In this document: positions 42,501-52,461 of the stretch, piece by piece
Position numbering within the stretch: position 1 is the first letter of the stretch
Layout of the letters: each line of letters begins with the position of its first letter
NCBI GenBank assembly: GCA_038231275.1
Contig: JBBRLQ010000021.1
Coordinates: forward strand, 1 to 64,000
DNA length: 64,000 nucleotides
Origin: Polyangiales bacterium
GTDB lineage: Bacteria; Myxococcota_A; Polyangia; Polyangiales; Polyangiaceae
Reading direction: 5' to 3'
Notes under the pieces: model-generated
The model's input: only the letters and a program-made list of their open reading frames with translations
What the model was told of the DNA's origin: nothing
Databases searched by the model: none
Position numbers and translations under genes: made by a program

Positions 42501-45500
42501 CCTACGCGCTCGACGTGCTCGAGGACCTCGCCGCGCACGAGCCCGACGCGGTGCGTAGCGGTGTCATCGCCGCCGAGGGCGCCCGCGTCGCGCTGTCGCT
42601 CGGCGATCACGCGCGCGCGATGGATCTCGCGCGTCGCGCGCTCCAACAAAACCCGAACCTCGGCGACGCGCTGGAGATCGTCGAGCGCTGCGCTGGCGCG
42701 ACGGGAAGGCTCCTCGAGCTCAGCTCGAGCTACGACGAACTCGCGCGTCGCGCCCTCGGGAGGTTCGGCCGCCGTGCCGCGCACTACCGCGGCGCGCGCT
42801 TCTTCGAGCATCGCGGGCGCCTGGACCTCGCGCTGAAGCACGCGGCCGAAGCGTTCACGGCGGTGCCGTCCGAGGGGAGCACGCTCGCGCTCCTCTCGCG
42901 CGCGGCCGATCGCGCCGGCTCGCGGACGGTGGCGGTCCGCGCGATCGAGCAGGTCGCGGAGCTGGCGCGAGGTCCGCACGCACGCGCGGCGTGGTTGCTC
43001 CGCGCGGCCCACGTCGCAGGCGGGGGCGAGGAGGGGGCGCGCCAACGCTTCGACGTGCTTCTCCGCGCCGTCATGCTCTCGCCCGACAACGCCACGCTCG
43101 CGTACCTCGCGGAGACGGCGCGCGAGCTGCTCCAGCTCGTCCCCGACGAGCGCGAGGTCGTGCAGCTTCGCCTGTCTCGCGCGAGCACCGCGCTCGGCAA
43201 GAAGATCGACGGGCCCGAGGGCGCGCGCGTCGCCATCGCCTTCGCCGAGCTGTCGATCGACCTCTTCGGCGACGCGGAGGGCGCTCTCGAGGCGATCGAA
43301 CGCGCTCTGTCCGCCGACGGCGATCTCGAGGAGTTTGCGCGGCTCGTGCCGCGGGTCGCCATGCTGGCGCGGTCCGACGCGGCGCCCGAGTCGCTCCGGC
43401 GCGCGATGGATGCCGCGCAGAAGCCGTACGCGAACGTCGGCGTGCCGGCGCTGAAGATGCTGAGCGCGCTCGCCGGCGCCCTGGGCGACATCCCGATCCG
43501 CACCAAGGCGCTCGTGATGGCCGTCGAGAAGGACAACGACGACGAGCGCTTGGTCTACGAGGCCGACGAGGCGCTCTCTACGTGCCGCGATCCCGAGCTG
43601 CTCGCGCGCTTCGCGAAGAAGGTCCCGGACGAAAAGCGCGTCGACTCCATGCGGGCCCACGCGCGCGAAGAGTCGGCGGCCGGTCGTCACGACGCGGCGA
43701 TCTCGGCGCTCGAGCGCGCGGTCGAGCGGGCAGGGATGGCCTCGCGCCGCGAGGTCGAAGCGGAGCTGCAGCGTGAGTACGACGCCGTCGGCTTCGGACC
43801 GGACGTCGAGGGTCGGCTCCTGCGCGAGGCCAAGGACCAGAACGCGCCGATCGTGACGCGCGCCGACAAGTGGGCGGAGATCGCGCAAGGCCGCGAGGAG
43901 ATCGGCGACGTGAGCGGCGCCGCCGATGCGCTCGGCTCCGCGACGTCGCTGGATCCCGAGCCGCTCGGCAGGTGGAGCGAGCTGGAGCGGGTCGCCGAGC
44001 TCTCACACCGGCATGACCTCCGCGTCGCTGCGCTCAAGACTCTGGTCGAGCGCCTCGGGGGCGCCGAGCAGGCCGTCCCGACGTTGAAGCGCCTCGCGCG
44101 GGCCCTCGAGGCGCATGGCGATGCCACCGACGCCGAGGCGACGTGGCGACGCATCGGCGGGCTCGAGCCGCTCGACGAGGAGGTCGACTACGCCATCGAA
44201 GCGCTCGTCACCGCGCGCGGCGACTACCGCGAGCTCGCGGCGCAGCTCGAACGCCGCGCCGAGCGCCTCGGGCAGAACAGCGCAACGCGCGACGCGCTCC
44301 GGCCCGTGCGATTGAGGCGCGCCGCCATCCTGGAGCAGCGCCTCGATCGCGTCGCCGAGGCATGCGAGGAGCTGGAGCGCCTCCTCGCCGAGTGGCCGGA
44401 CAACGAGGCTGCGCTGTCGTATTTGGCGGATCTGTACGAACGCACGGAGCAACCGTCGCGGGCCGTTCCGCTGTGGCAGCGCGTCGCCAACCTCGTGCAC
44501 GATCCGGAGCATCGCGCGGAGCTCGTCTTGCGCGGCGCGCGCGCAAGCATGGCGGCCGGCGAGCTGGAGGCGGCGCTCGACCGGGTGCGCCAGGCCCTCT
44601 CCTTGCGACCGCAAGACCCCGAGGCACTCGAGCTTCGCGTCGAGCTCGCGCGTCAGATGAAGAGCTCCGGGGAGCTCGGCGACGCGCTCGACGATCTGGT
44701 GTCGGCGTCGGCCGACGACGCGAAGGTGCGCAGCGACATGCTGGTCGAGGCTGCGCAGGCCGCGGCCCGCGCGGGCGACGTGCAGGCCGCGCTGGAGCGC
44801 GCCCCGCGAGCCGCCGACGTCGCGCCGCAACGCGCCAAGACCCAGCTCTTCGCGCGTGGCCTCGAGTACCGCATGCGCGGCGCCGGCGCGCCCGACGAGG
44901 CCCGCGCGACGATCGATGCGCTCGGGAAGATCGCCGAGGGCCTCGACGTCGAGGACGCGGCGCTCCAGACCTTCCTCCTCGCCGAGGCGCTCGACGCAGT
45001 CCAGGGCGGCGGCGCGGGTCTGCGGAAGCTCAGCGAACGCTACGCCGAGCTCGGCGCGCACCCGCTCGTCGCCGTCGCGATGGCCGAGCGCCTCGTCGCG
45101 CAGTGGACTTTCGCGACCGCGGTGCCCCTGTTCGAGGCGGCGCTGAGGGGGAACCTCCTCGGACTCCGGCGGCGCGGGATCGTCGCCCTCGCGGCCGCGG
45201 ACGCTGCGGCGCGCTGCGAGCGCACGGCCGACGCGATGCGGTTCCTCGACGAGGCGGCCGCCGATCCCGAGACACGCGCCGCGGCGCTCCGGCGGATCGC
45301 GCAGCTCGCCGCGGCGGGAGGCGACATCGAGCGCTCGCGCAAGGTGCTCCTCGAGCTCGCGCGAACGGCGGAGGGGGCCGATCGCGCGCGGACCCTCGCG
45401 CAGCTCGGACGAACGCTGTTCACGTCGCCGGAGCCGCAGGATCGCCTGGACGCGGTGCAGGTCTTCGTAGAGGCGATCGGCGCCGCGGCCGACGCGCCGG

Positions 45501-46903
45501 ATCTCGTGCAGGATCTGGAGGCCGAGCTGCGCGAGCTACGGCGCCGCCAGTCGATGTCGCCGCAGGCGATGGCGTCCCTGCCGCCTCCCGAGCTCGTACG
45601 CGATTCGCAGCCGGTTCGCGTCGAAGGTGCGCCCTCTAGCCCTGCGTTGCCGGCGGCGCCGCTCTCGGTGCGCGATCTCGAGCTCGCGGTCGAGTCGGCG
45701 ACGGTGCCGTCGGAGCGCGCCGCGCGGCGTGTCGCGCTCGCCTCGGCCAAGCTCGACGAGGGGCAGCTCGACGAGGCCGAGAAGATCCTGATGCAAGCCT
45801 TCGTCGAAGGGTCCCTCGAGGCCGGCGACATGCTCGCAGGGCAGCTCGAGGCGCAAGCCGGCCGCGCGTCCGAGCTCGTGCGCGTCCGTCGCCAGCTCGT
45901 CGACATGGTGCCCGGGGATCTGCGCCGCCTCGAGGCGCTCGTCGGCGCGGCACACGCCGATCACAACGGCGTCTACGCGCGCGCGCTGGAGCACGTGCAG
46001 CGCGCCTTCGACCCGGGCGCCGGGCCGGTGCCGCCGCCGCCGCTCACCGCGCAAGCGGAGCAACCGAATATCCTGCGAATGCTGGTGCGCCACTCGTACG
46101 AGCCGGCCGGCGAGGCGCTCGCGCTCGCGTGGGAGGGCGCCGCCGCGACCTTCGCGAAGACGCCGCAGGTGTACGGCCTCACTGGCCTGGAGCGCGTCGT
46201 TCCCGGCGCGTCGTCGACGGTCGCGCGCTTGTACGAGATCGCCGTGCGCCTCCTCGACGCGCCGCGCATTCCGCTCTTCGTGCGGCGCGCGCTGAGCCCG
46301 CTGTCGCACTCGGTGGCGCTCCTCCAGCCGCCGTCGGCGATCCTCTCCGGCGACACGCGCGACGACGGTCCCGAGCTGCGCTTCGTTCTGGGTCAGGCAC
46401 TCTCGAGCGCGTTGCCGCACAACGCGCTGGTGCTCGGCCTCGGCGACCCCGAGGCACGGCGCGTATGGACGGCGCTCCATGGCGCGTTCGGTCCGCCCGA
46501 GATGGGCCGCGAGCTCGACGGCGAGAGCGGGAAAATGGCGGAGAACTTCTGGCACGTCTTGCCGCCGCGCAGCCAACGGCGGCTGAAGGAGCTGCTCGGC
46601 GGCGGTCCCAAGACGCGCTTCGAGCTCGTCGCCGAGCGCGCGCGGCAGAGCGGTCGGCGGGTCGGCCTCTACCTCACCGGTGACGTCGCGTTCGCGGCGC
46701 GCGCGCTCGTGCGGGAGCACCCCGACGTGGCGTCGGTCGAGGAGCTCTCGTCGGAGGGCGGGGTCGCCCAAGTGGCGTCGCGACTGCCGTCCCTCGCGGA
46801 CCTGTTCCGCCTCGCGGTGCGCCCCGAGTACGCGGACGCGCGGTGGCACCCCGAGACCCCCGCGTCGCGCCGGCTCGGCAGCGGAAGGGCGAAGCCCCTG
46901 TGA
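39554..46903 (+). CDS. Giant TPR/helical-repeat protein (2449 aa)
   Basis: Uninterrupted Ala/Leu/Arg/Glu-rich ORF with TPR units (AFAEAAELDPSDARA, LERLLAEWPDNEAAL, VRQALSLRPQDPEAL). No signal peptide. Confidence 0.85.
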   Translation: MDGPVTEGAPETGGDAPSTKVETLPPPEWTGPSVQTRGRQSHAPPPVQRRTGRRAEEATVRARLDDARRDGNQTLVRQLATELARALAARERDLDEASTLAHEALGVAEDDGLRRELSAWLESLGDPGLAAAELRTLAKRAASEPQTAAALLLQVGILRARAGDAIGADEAFAEAAELDPSDARACELVGALSAWAPEVVPARAAASAYVEAAARRGAEGWDSSKEAQLENLLRAVETDPSHEPAVRALSVALDARGRPIAADEVWRAHAHVIARESPERARAIHAQRRRAAVETEDIARALGAALDEGLDGVHDGEDAARFDDLLLRTGLFEVLAERLALAAERTGERTGRARRYEELARLWEGPLASRTRAARAYADAVAASPGHEGATAALVEHVARTRDAEPLVDGLARAIAQDDGGDEGVRRGRLVSARALARVAEDDLHAPGIANWAHEQALALAPAGSVEHAEARAGMRRTQPGVNQKVGDLVRVRDGLSAGSEAVRVDALRTIVGILRGLPGDSDILAEMLDELARVRPAEHDVALDAARVHAGRGDVAAARALAQAVADDTKGSVEDRTAAGLMLAKLARAAGEPEHAQRATRQLLDLAPRSREVAAVAWANASLAGDRQTRAVALRELGAAATSRLSAVLLAVAAEELAAAGQLDEARRAAERGCQADPHDARCASALAWILSHAETLDRAGAVALERAIATGVVTAASSASLARAMEELGESDPAVAWTQRLVTLSPGDKAKIQLLFERTLRAKEPSRVADAFAWSLSQPLPGHELAELLAPSLIALSTLDPDRAVVAARRTLDVLGPRDAGLRATLRDVAARANDAAFGAAVVERWLAAGAQVSDRPALLAELAEQRAKAGDPDGEARALARALREGAPAADLADRVVTLTGETLSADGELAWLAARAEVLVARGDNAGAARALRELGGAAWDLADDRASAVGAWIRAAKIAPARGYMTLGLDLARFADGPYALDVLEDLAAHEPDAVRSGVIAAEGARVALSLGDHARAMDLARRALQQNPNLGDALEIVERCAGATGRLLELSSSYDELARRALGRFGRRAAHYRGARFFEHRGRLDLALKHAAEAFTAVPSEGSTLALLSRAADRAGSRTVAVRAIEQVAELARGPHARAAWLLRAAHVAGGGEEGARQRFDVLLRAVMLSPDNATLAYLAETARELLQLVPDEREVVQLRLSRASTALGKKIDGPEGARVAIAFAELSIDLFGDAEGALEAIERALSADGDLEEFARLVPRVAMLARSDAAPESLRRAMDAAQKPYANVGVPALKMLSALAGALGDIPIRTKALVMAVEKDNDDERLVYEADEALSTCRDPELLARFAKKVPDEKRVDSMRAHAREESAAGRHDAAISALERAVERAGMASRREVEAELQREYDAVGFGPDVEGRLLREAKDQNAPIVTRADKWAEIAQGREEIGDVSGAADALGSATSLDPEPLGRWSELERVAELSHRHDLRVAALKTLVERLGGAEQAVPTLKRLARALEAHGDATDAEATWRRIGGLEPLDEEVDYAIEALVTARGDYRELAAQLERRAERLGQNSATRDALRPVRLRRAAILEQRLDRVAEACEELERLLAEWPDNEAALSYLADLYERTEQPSRAVPLWQRVANLVHDPEHRAELVLRGARASMAAGELEAALDRVRQALSLRPQDPEALELRVELARQMKSSGELGDALDDLVSASADDAKVRSDMLVEAAQAAARAGDVQAALERAPRAADVAPQRAKTQLFARGLEYRMRGAGAPDEARATIDALGKIAEGLDVEDAALQTFLLAEALDAVQGGGAGLRKLSERYAELGAHPLVAVAMAERLVAQWTFATAVPLFEAALRGNLLGLRRRGIVALAAADAAARCERTADAMRFLDEAAADPETRAAALRRIAQLAAAGGDIERSRKVLLELARTAEGADRARTLAQLGRTLFTSPEPQDRLDAVQVFVEAIGAAADAPDLVQDLEAELRELRRRQSMSPQAMASLPPPELVRDSQPVRVEGAPSSPALPAAPLSVRDLELAVESATVPSERAARRVALASAKLDEGQLDEAEKILMQAFVEGSLEAGDMLAGQLEAQAGRASELVRVRRQLVDMVPGDLRRLEALVGAAHADHNGVYARALEHVQRAFDPGAGPVPPPPLTAQAEQPNILRMLVRHSYEPAGEALALAWEGAAATFAKTPQVYGLTGLERVVPGASSTVARLYEIAVRLLDAPRIPLFVRRALSPLSHSVALLQPPSAILSGDTRDDGPELRFVLGQALSSALPHNALVLGLGDPEARRVWTALHGAFGPPEMGRELDGESGKMAENFWHVLPPRSQRRLKELLGGGPKTRFELVAERARQSGRRVGLYLTGDVAFAARALVREHPDVASVEELSSEGGVAQVASRLPSLADLFRLAVRPEYADARWHPETPASRRLGSGRAKPL

Positions 46904-47511
46904 ACGTGCGGCGCAGGCACGCAGCAGCAGCGGCCGTCGCGACGATCTGCGCGTCGCTGGCGGCCGCGTGCATCATCGCAGATCCCTCGACCGATTTCCC
47001 GCTGCCGCCCGATCGCCGCCCTACGATCATTCGCGACCACGCGGTGCCGCCGACGTCGCGCGTCCTGGGAGATCTCCCCCCGAATTTCACGTTCCTGATC
47101 GATGTCGAGGCCGACCCGACCAAGACGGTCTACTGGCACCTCTTCGTCGACTACGACGACTTCCACCAGAACGGCCCGCCGGCGGGGCTCGTCGGGCGCG
47201 ACAAATCCGATCCGCAGATCGGAGCCGACGCGGGCGTGAGGCAGATCGCGCTTCAACCCGACATTCCGTTCGCGCCCGATCCAGGGCGGTGCCACGTCAT
47301 CGAGGCGCTCGTCGCGCTCTCGTTCCAGTTCGATGTCGGCGCACAGGCGCACGCGTTCAAGCCGCCGGGCGGTGACAGCATCGTTTGGTTTTACAGCCCG
47401 ACGGGCGATCTCAGCGGGTGCCCGGTCTTCGACGCGGGCATCGATGGCGGCAGCGGCCCCGACAGCGCAGGGGCGCCCAAGGTGACCGAGGGAGGAGGAG
47501 GCTCCGGATGA
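46900..47511 (+). CDS. Hypothetical lipoprotein
   Basis: GTGA overlap with the TPR gene; signal VNVRRRHAAAAAVATICASLAAAC. Confidence 0.7.
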   Translation: MNVRRRHAAAAAVATICASLAAACIIADPSTDFPLPPDRRPTIIRDHAVPPTSRVLGDLPPNFTFLIDVEADPTKTVYWHLFVDYDDFHQNGPPAGLVGRDKSDPQIGADAGVRQIALQPDIPFAPDPGRCHVIEALVALSFQFDVGAQAHAFKPPGGDSIVWFYSPTGDLSGCPVFDAGIDGGSGPDSAGAPKVTEGGGGSG

Positions 47512-49475
47512 GGCCGGGAGCGTCGCTGGCATTCGTCGCGATCGTCGCCGCGTGCGCGCCGGTCGGCACGGGGTCGAGCGCGGTCGTCGTCCGCAACACC
47601 TGCTCGGCGACCTCCGATTGCGCGGCATACAAGCAGATCAGCGGCGCGCTCAAGTGCTCCGACACCAACGTGTGCCAGGCCCGGGCGGCGTTGGATCTCA
47701 CGTTCGTCATGACCCTGCCCGACGGTGCGGTCTACGCTCCCGGTCACACGTTCGTGGCGAAGCTCGCGAGTCTCCCCAACGGCCGCGGTTGCCCGCCGGC
47801 GCCCGGCTGCGTCACGCGGGCGTTGCCGTCGCTCGGCGAGTTCGCCGGTGTCTACACGGCGACGACCGGGGTCCAGTCGACCGCCAACTTCTACCTCGGC
47901 ACGGGCGTTCGCTCGCTGCCCACGCAGCCGACATTTCGCCACGCGTGGTCCTTCGTCGACGGCGCGCTGCCAATCGACATGGATCTCCTGGGAATGACTC
48001 TTCAGCCCCTCGTCGCGGCGCACGTGTTGAACGACGAGCAGCTGTATCCGTCGCCCAGCCTCACGGACAAGAACGTCGCGGCGCCGAGCATCGGCTTCGA
48101 CATCCTGCTGCCTGCAGGACAATACGAGGAGACGCTGGCTCCGGTGTGGCCGTTCTCGGTCGCGTTTCCGCCGATCGTGTCGCAAGGCGCGACCCCGAGA
48201 CCGGGGCCTCTCGCCAAGCGCGACCCGAACGACTTCCAGAACGCCGCGCTCGGGGGCGGGTCATCGGGCCCGTCGCTCACGGCGAACGCGCACTTCGTCA
48301 CGGTGACGCGTGGCGCTGGGCTCTCGCTCGCAGGGTGGACGTTGCTGCTCCGCGACTCGCTGACCAAGCGCGCCATCTCGTCGGCGCCGCGCCTCACCAC
48401 CGCGGATCGAGTGACCCTGTTCACGGTGAACCAGCTCGCGCCGAGCGACAGCGGAAAAGGGGAGACGATCCGTGACGCCGTCGAGCTCGTGCTCTCGCCG
48501 CCGGCTGACGAGAGTCCGCGCCTCCCCGAGCTCGTCCTCCCGGCGCTCGCCAACCGCGTGCCGCCAGTCGCCCCGTATCCGCTCCTGCCGTTTCAAGCGC
48601 TCGTGGACGGCATCGTCCTCGCCGACGACGGCGGCGGTGTGCAGTCCGACGTCGTGCTCGTGTCCCAGGAGATCGCGATGCTCGACAGCGAGCTCAGCGC
48701 GAGCGACGTGAGCTTCGTCGATCACTTCTCGACGAACGCCGGAGGGCTCTTCACGCGCTCGCTTCCACCAGGAAAGTACACGGCCATCGTCTCGCCTCCG
48801 CTGGCGACGGGTCTCGGCAAGACCATTTCGGTGCTCGACGTGGGGACCCCGACCGCTCCTGGTCAGCACCAGGGGCGGAAGACGCTGCGCCTGGCGCGGC
48901 CGGATCTCCTGCGCGGCACCGTGCGCGTCGCGGACGGGCGGGTCATGCCGGACGCCGAGGTAGAAGCGCATCCGGCGGCTCTCTTGCCGTATTCCGTGGA
49001 TCTCGACGCGCGCGACCCGCGCAGGTGGCCGCGGATCGTGCGGACGCGGACGAACGGGGCAGGGGACTTCGTGCTGCCCGTCGATCCGGGCGGCACCTTC
49101 GACGTCGTCGTGCGCCCTCCGGCGGGCACGGGCTTTCCGTGGGTGGTGATCCAAACGGTGACGTCCCCGAGCGCGGACCTCGCGCTGGAGATCCCCGCGC
49201 CGGTCGTCGTCTCCGCCACGCTTCAGGATCCGAGCGGACTGCCCGCCGCGCAGGCGTTCATCCAAGCGTACGTGGGCGTGCCGTCGGCCATCCCCGGCGC
49301 GCAGTGCACGCTCGACAACGACGCCCTGCAACCCAAGCGCGATGGGACGTGTCCCGCCAATACGCCGCGATGCTTGTCGGGCCGTTGCTTCGCGGTTGTG
49401 GGACTCGAGATAGGCAGGACGCGGACCGACGATCTCGGGCGATTTACGCTGTTTGTGGACGGCACACCGCGTTGA
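47508..49475 (+). CDS. Lipoprotein with carboxypeptidase-regulatory-like (beta-sandwich) repeats
   Basis: ATGA overlap and GGAGG RBS; lipobox IVAAC; repeats STNAGGLF...LPPGKY, RTNGAGDF...GGTFDVVVRPP, RTDDLGRFTL. Confidence 0.75.
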   Translation: MRPGASLAFVAIVAACAPVGTGSSAVVVRNTCSATSDCAAYKQISGALKCSDTNVCQARAALDLTFVMTLPDGAVYAPGHTFVAKLASLPNGRGCPPAPGCVTRALPSLGEFAGVYTATTGVQSTANFYLGTGVRSLPTQPTFRHAWSFVDGALPIDMDLLGMTLQPLVAAHVLNDEQLYPSPSLTDKNVAAPSIGFDILLPAGQYEETLAPVWPFSVAFPPIVSQGATPRPGPLAKRDPNDFQNAALGGGSSGPSLTANAHFVTVTRGAGLSLAGWTLLLRDSLTKRAISSAPRLTTADRVTLFTVNQLAPSDSGKGETIRDAVELVLSPPADESPRLPELVLPALANRVPPVAPYPLLPFQALVDGIVLADDGGGVQSDVVLVSQEIAMLDSELSASDVSFVDHFSTNAGGLFTRSLPPGKYTAIVSPPLATGLGKTISVLDVGTPTAPGQHQGRKTLRLARPDLLRGTVRVADGRVMPDAEVEAHPAALLPYSVDLDARDPRRWPRIVRTRTNGAGDFVLPVDPGGTFDVVVRPPAGTGFPWVVIQTVTSPSADLALEIPAPVVVSATLQDPSGLPAAQAFIQAYVGVPSAIPGAQCTLDNDALQPKRDGTCPANTPRCLSGRCFAVVGLEIGRTRTDDLGRFTLFVDGTPR

Positions 49476-49535
49476 CGCGCGCGCCCGCAATCTCAATTGC
49501 GTGGGCTCATCCTCTGATACACTCGCCGGTAGCTC

Positions 49536-50105
49536 ATGGATACGGAAGAGAAGATCAACCTCCTGGCGCGTGTGGCGGCCCGAAGCACTGCCGTCGGCGA
49601 GGGAGGCTCGCCGCCGGTGAGCATCCTCACGCTCGCGGCGGCGTCGTACGGATCACGCCCCTCCGACGAGGCGACCGTACCGACCGGCTTCGATCCGCAG
49701 GCGTGCGCGCTCTTCGAGTCGATCGTAGAAGGGGCGTTCCTCGTCGCCTCGGCCGACGGCGTCATCGACGAGCAGGAGCGAAAGACGTTCGAGAAGGTCG
49801 TGACGACGGCGTGCGGGGGAGCGGTGCCGCCCCAGGCGATCAGCGCGCTCGTGTCCGATTTGACCGATCAGCTGTCGGAGGACGGCCTCGATGCGCGGGT
49901 GAAGGCGGTCGCCGAGCATGCGCATCGGCCCGAGCACGGGCGAGAGGTGCTGCGCATCGCCGCGTTGATCGCGCAGGTGAGCGAGAGCGTGAGCGACGTG
50001 GAGCGCGCGGTGCTCGCGAAGATCGCGCAGGCGTGCGGGATGCAGGCGTCCGACGTCGAGTTGGCGTTGTCGGACGTGAGGTCGGCGCTAGCGGCGACGG
50101 GGTAG
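49536..50105 (+). CDS. TerB-family (tellurite resistance-like) protein
   Basis: AFLVASADGVIDEQE and IAQVSESVSDVERAVLAKIAQACG, the TerB signature pair. Confidence 0.8.
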   Translation: MDTEEKINLLARVAARSTAVGEGGSPPVSILTLAAASYGSRPSDEATVPTGFDPQACALFESIVEGAFLVASADGVIDEQERKTFEKVVTTACGGAVPPQAISALVSDLTDQLSEDGLDARVKAVAEHAHRPEHGREVLRIAALIAQVSESVSDVERAVLAKIAQACGMQASDVELALSDVRSALAATG

Positions 50106-50106
50106 C

Positions 50107-52401
50107 CTACAGCGCCTTCATCGCCTCTTCGAACAGCTCCGCCTCGCTCGCGCGCCCCTCTTCCCGTGCGTCCCGTGCGAGCCGCGCCAACACCTCGCGC
50201 TGCTTCGGCACCAATCGCGCGCGCCTCTCCGCCGGCGCATCCTCCAGCCGCCCGCTCAGCAGCGCGAACAGCTCCAAGCTTCTCCCAAGTCGCGACAGTC
50301 GATGCGCGAGCTCGTCGACCACGGCATCGTTCTCCGGATTCGCCTGCAGCGCGCGCGTCAGCTCCTCCACGCGCGTCTCGTCGTCCTTCGGATCGAGCTC
50401 CGCGGCGAGAGGCTCGACGACGCGCGGCGCCATCTCGGCTCCGGCCTCCACCGCCGCTGCCGGTACCTCCACGGGCGGCCTGCCGACGATGCGCAGTCCG
50501 ATCTTCCGATACGCGTCCTCGACCACGGCGTCGCGCGGTCGCAAGCGCAGCGCGCACGCGAGGTGGCGCTGGGCGGCGAGCAGATCGCCCTGCACCGTGT
50601 CTTCGAACGTCGCGCCCTCCACGAGCAACGGGACCGCGTGGGCCGCGGCCACCGCCGCGCCATCGAGCGAGCCCGCGAGCTCGCGCAGCCTCGCGAACGC
50701 GAGAGATGCGCCGGCCAGATCGCCGAGCGCCGCGCGCCATCGTCCTTCGAGGCCCCTCGCGACGAGCGCCTCCGGTGCGTGGTTGGGGATGGCGCGCACT
50801 CGAGCCACCGCGGCGGGACGGTCTCCGAGGGCATCGGCCAGCGCGCGCGCGAGATCGAGGAGCATCGCGTGGACCGGCTGCTGCGCCGCATCCGCGAGGT
50901 CCACGGCGCGCGCGAGCAGCGCAGCCCCCCGCGCGGCGCGTCCTTCGGCGACGAGCGCCGCCCCGAGCCCCGCGAGTCCCGACGGATCATCCGGCGCGTA
51001 CCGCAACGCGCGCTCGTAGAGAGGCAGCGACTCCGCCGCCACGCCCGCTGCCTGCCACGCGTCACCCGCGCGACGCCACACCGCGTACTTGTCGCGTGCG
51101 CCGGCCGCGAGAGCCTCCAAGTGCTCTACGTCCCCGAGAGCGTCCTCGAGCCGCCCCGACGAGAGCCGGCGTGCCACGCGACCCCATCGCAGCGGCGCGG
51201 CATCGGGCGCGCGTGCGATCGCGAGATCCAGCCAGATCAGGGCGTCCAAAGGATCCGTCGTCAGCTCTGCGGCGCGCGCGTACGCATTGGCCGCGAGGAG
51301 CGGCGCCTCCTCCTGCTCGCCTGCGCGCGCGAACGCCGCGATCGCGCCGCGCACGTCGCCGGACTCCGCCGACAGCTCCCCCGCGAGCACGCTCGCGCGC
51401 CCGTCTGGATCGCGCGACGCCTCGCGCAGCGTGAGCAAGGCGGCCTCGGCGCGCCCGCCCACGTGCGCGTCGATCTCGGCGATCCTGCGGCAAATCTCGG
51501 GGTGGCGCGGCGCGCGCTCTAGCGCCGCCAGATCCAGCGCCCGCGCGCGTTCGAGCTGCCCCGCGAGGCGCGCCTCGTCGGCCTCGCGCGTGATCGTCGC
51601 CGCCTCGATCGCGCGCGTCGCGTCGGCCGTCGTCGGGGCGGGGACGCCGTCGCGAAGTGCGTGCAGAATCCACGTATCGTCGTGCGCGGCGAGCGCGGTG
51701 ACGACGAGGCCGTCAGCGTCGGGCGCGCGCGCTCCGGCGTCGGGGAGGAGCGCGCGGGCCATGCGCGCGCCGAGCCCGGTCATGCGAAAGAGCGCGCCCT
51801 GACGCGCCGCGAGGCCGCCAAGGATCGCGTCCATCGCCCCGATCGCGAGCGCCGTCGCCGGTCGCGGCAGGCCTACGCCGCGCGCGTTCGTCACCGCGAG
51901 GCGGACCTCGTCGGCGCGTGCCTCCATCGCCACGTCGAACGCGACGACGCGCGGCTTCGCTTCGGCGTCCAGCACGTCGCCCACCTCGCTCACGCACACG
52001 ATCGCCCCCGCGCCACGCAGCGCGATCCACACGCGCGGCGCGTTCGGCGACAAGAGACCGCGCAGCCGCGGCGCGCACCATCCCTCGAGCGCCCTCGCGC
52101 TGACCTCGAGCGCGACGCGATCGAGCATGCCGCGCTTGTGACGGAACCGCGCGACGCCCCCCGAGACGTCGATCGGAAAGCGCGCGCTCGGCAAGCGAAC
52201 GGACAGCTCGGTCACCACCACGCATCCGAGACGCGCCGGTCGCGCGAGCTCGAGTCCCAGGCCCGTCTTCGCGATCGCGAGGCGAAGCTCGACCGCCGGC
52301 ACGTCGCGCCAGACCTCGGGCCGTGCCGCGGTGTTCACGTCGGCCGCGGCCATCGCGCGGCGATGCGCAGGCGGAGTCTTGGGGGCGTCGGAGATGCTCA
52401 C
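50107..52401 (-). CDS. TPR-repeat protein with N-terminal beta-rich domain
   Basis: TPR units (LAALERAPRHPEI, LYERALRYAPDDPSGLAGLG, LTRALQANPEND). TG-C-TACGAT upstream. Confidence 0.75.
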   Translation of the reverse strand: MSISDAPKTPPAHRRAMAAADVNTAARPEVWRDVPAVELRLAIAKTGLGLELARPARLGCVVVTELSVRLPSARFPIDVSGGVARFRHKRGMLDRVALEVSARALEGWCAPRLRGLLSPNAPRVWIALRGAGAIVCVSEVGDVLDAEAKPRVVAFDVAMEARADEVRLAVTNARGVGLPRPATALAIGAMDAILGGLAARQGALFRMTGLGARMARALLPDAGARAPDADGLVVTALAAHDDTWILHALRDGVPAPTTADATRAIEAATITREADEARLAGQLERARALDLAALERAPRHPEICRRIAEIDAHVGGRAEAALLTLREASRDPDGRASVLAGELSAESGDVRGAIAAFARAGEQEEAPLLAANAYARAAELTTDPLDALIWLDLAIARAPDAAPLRWGRVARRLSSGRLEDALGDVEHLEALAAGARDKYAVWRRAGDAWQAAGVAAESLPLYERALRYAPDDPSGLAGLGAALVAEGRAARGAALLARAVDLADAAQQPVHAMLLDLARALADALGDRPAAVARVRAIPNHAPEALVARGLEGRWRAALGDLAGASLAFARLRELAGSLDGAAVAAAHAVPLLVEGATFEDTVQGDLLAAQRHLACALRLRPRDAVVEDAYRKIGLRIVGRPPVEVPAAAVEAGAEMAPRVVEPLAAELDPKDDETRVEELTRALQANPENDAVVDELAHRLSRLGRSLELFALLSGRLEDAPAERRARLVPKQREVLARLARDAREEGRASEAELFEEAMKAL

Positions 52402-52461
52402 TCCACGAAGGATCGTAGCAGGGGCCCACGAAACCCGCGATTTTCCGTGCTATGCGGAGGC

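Noticed and set aside
51661..52461. N-terminal extension of DinG in the ORF track
   Set aside because: It overlaps the opposite-strand TPR gene; helicase homology begins near GTG 52462.
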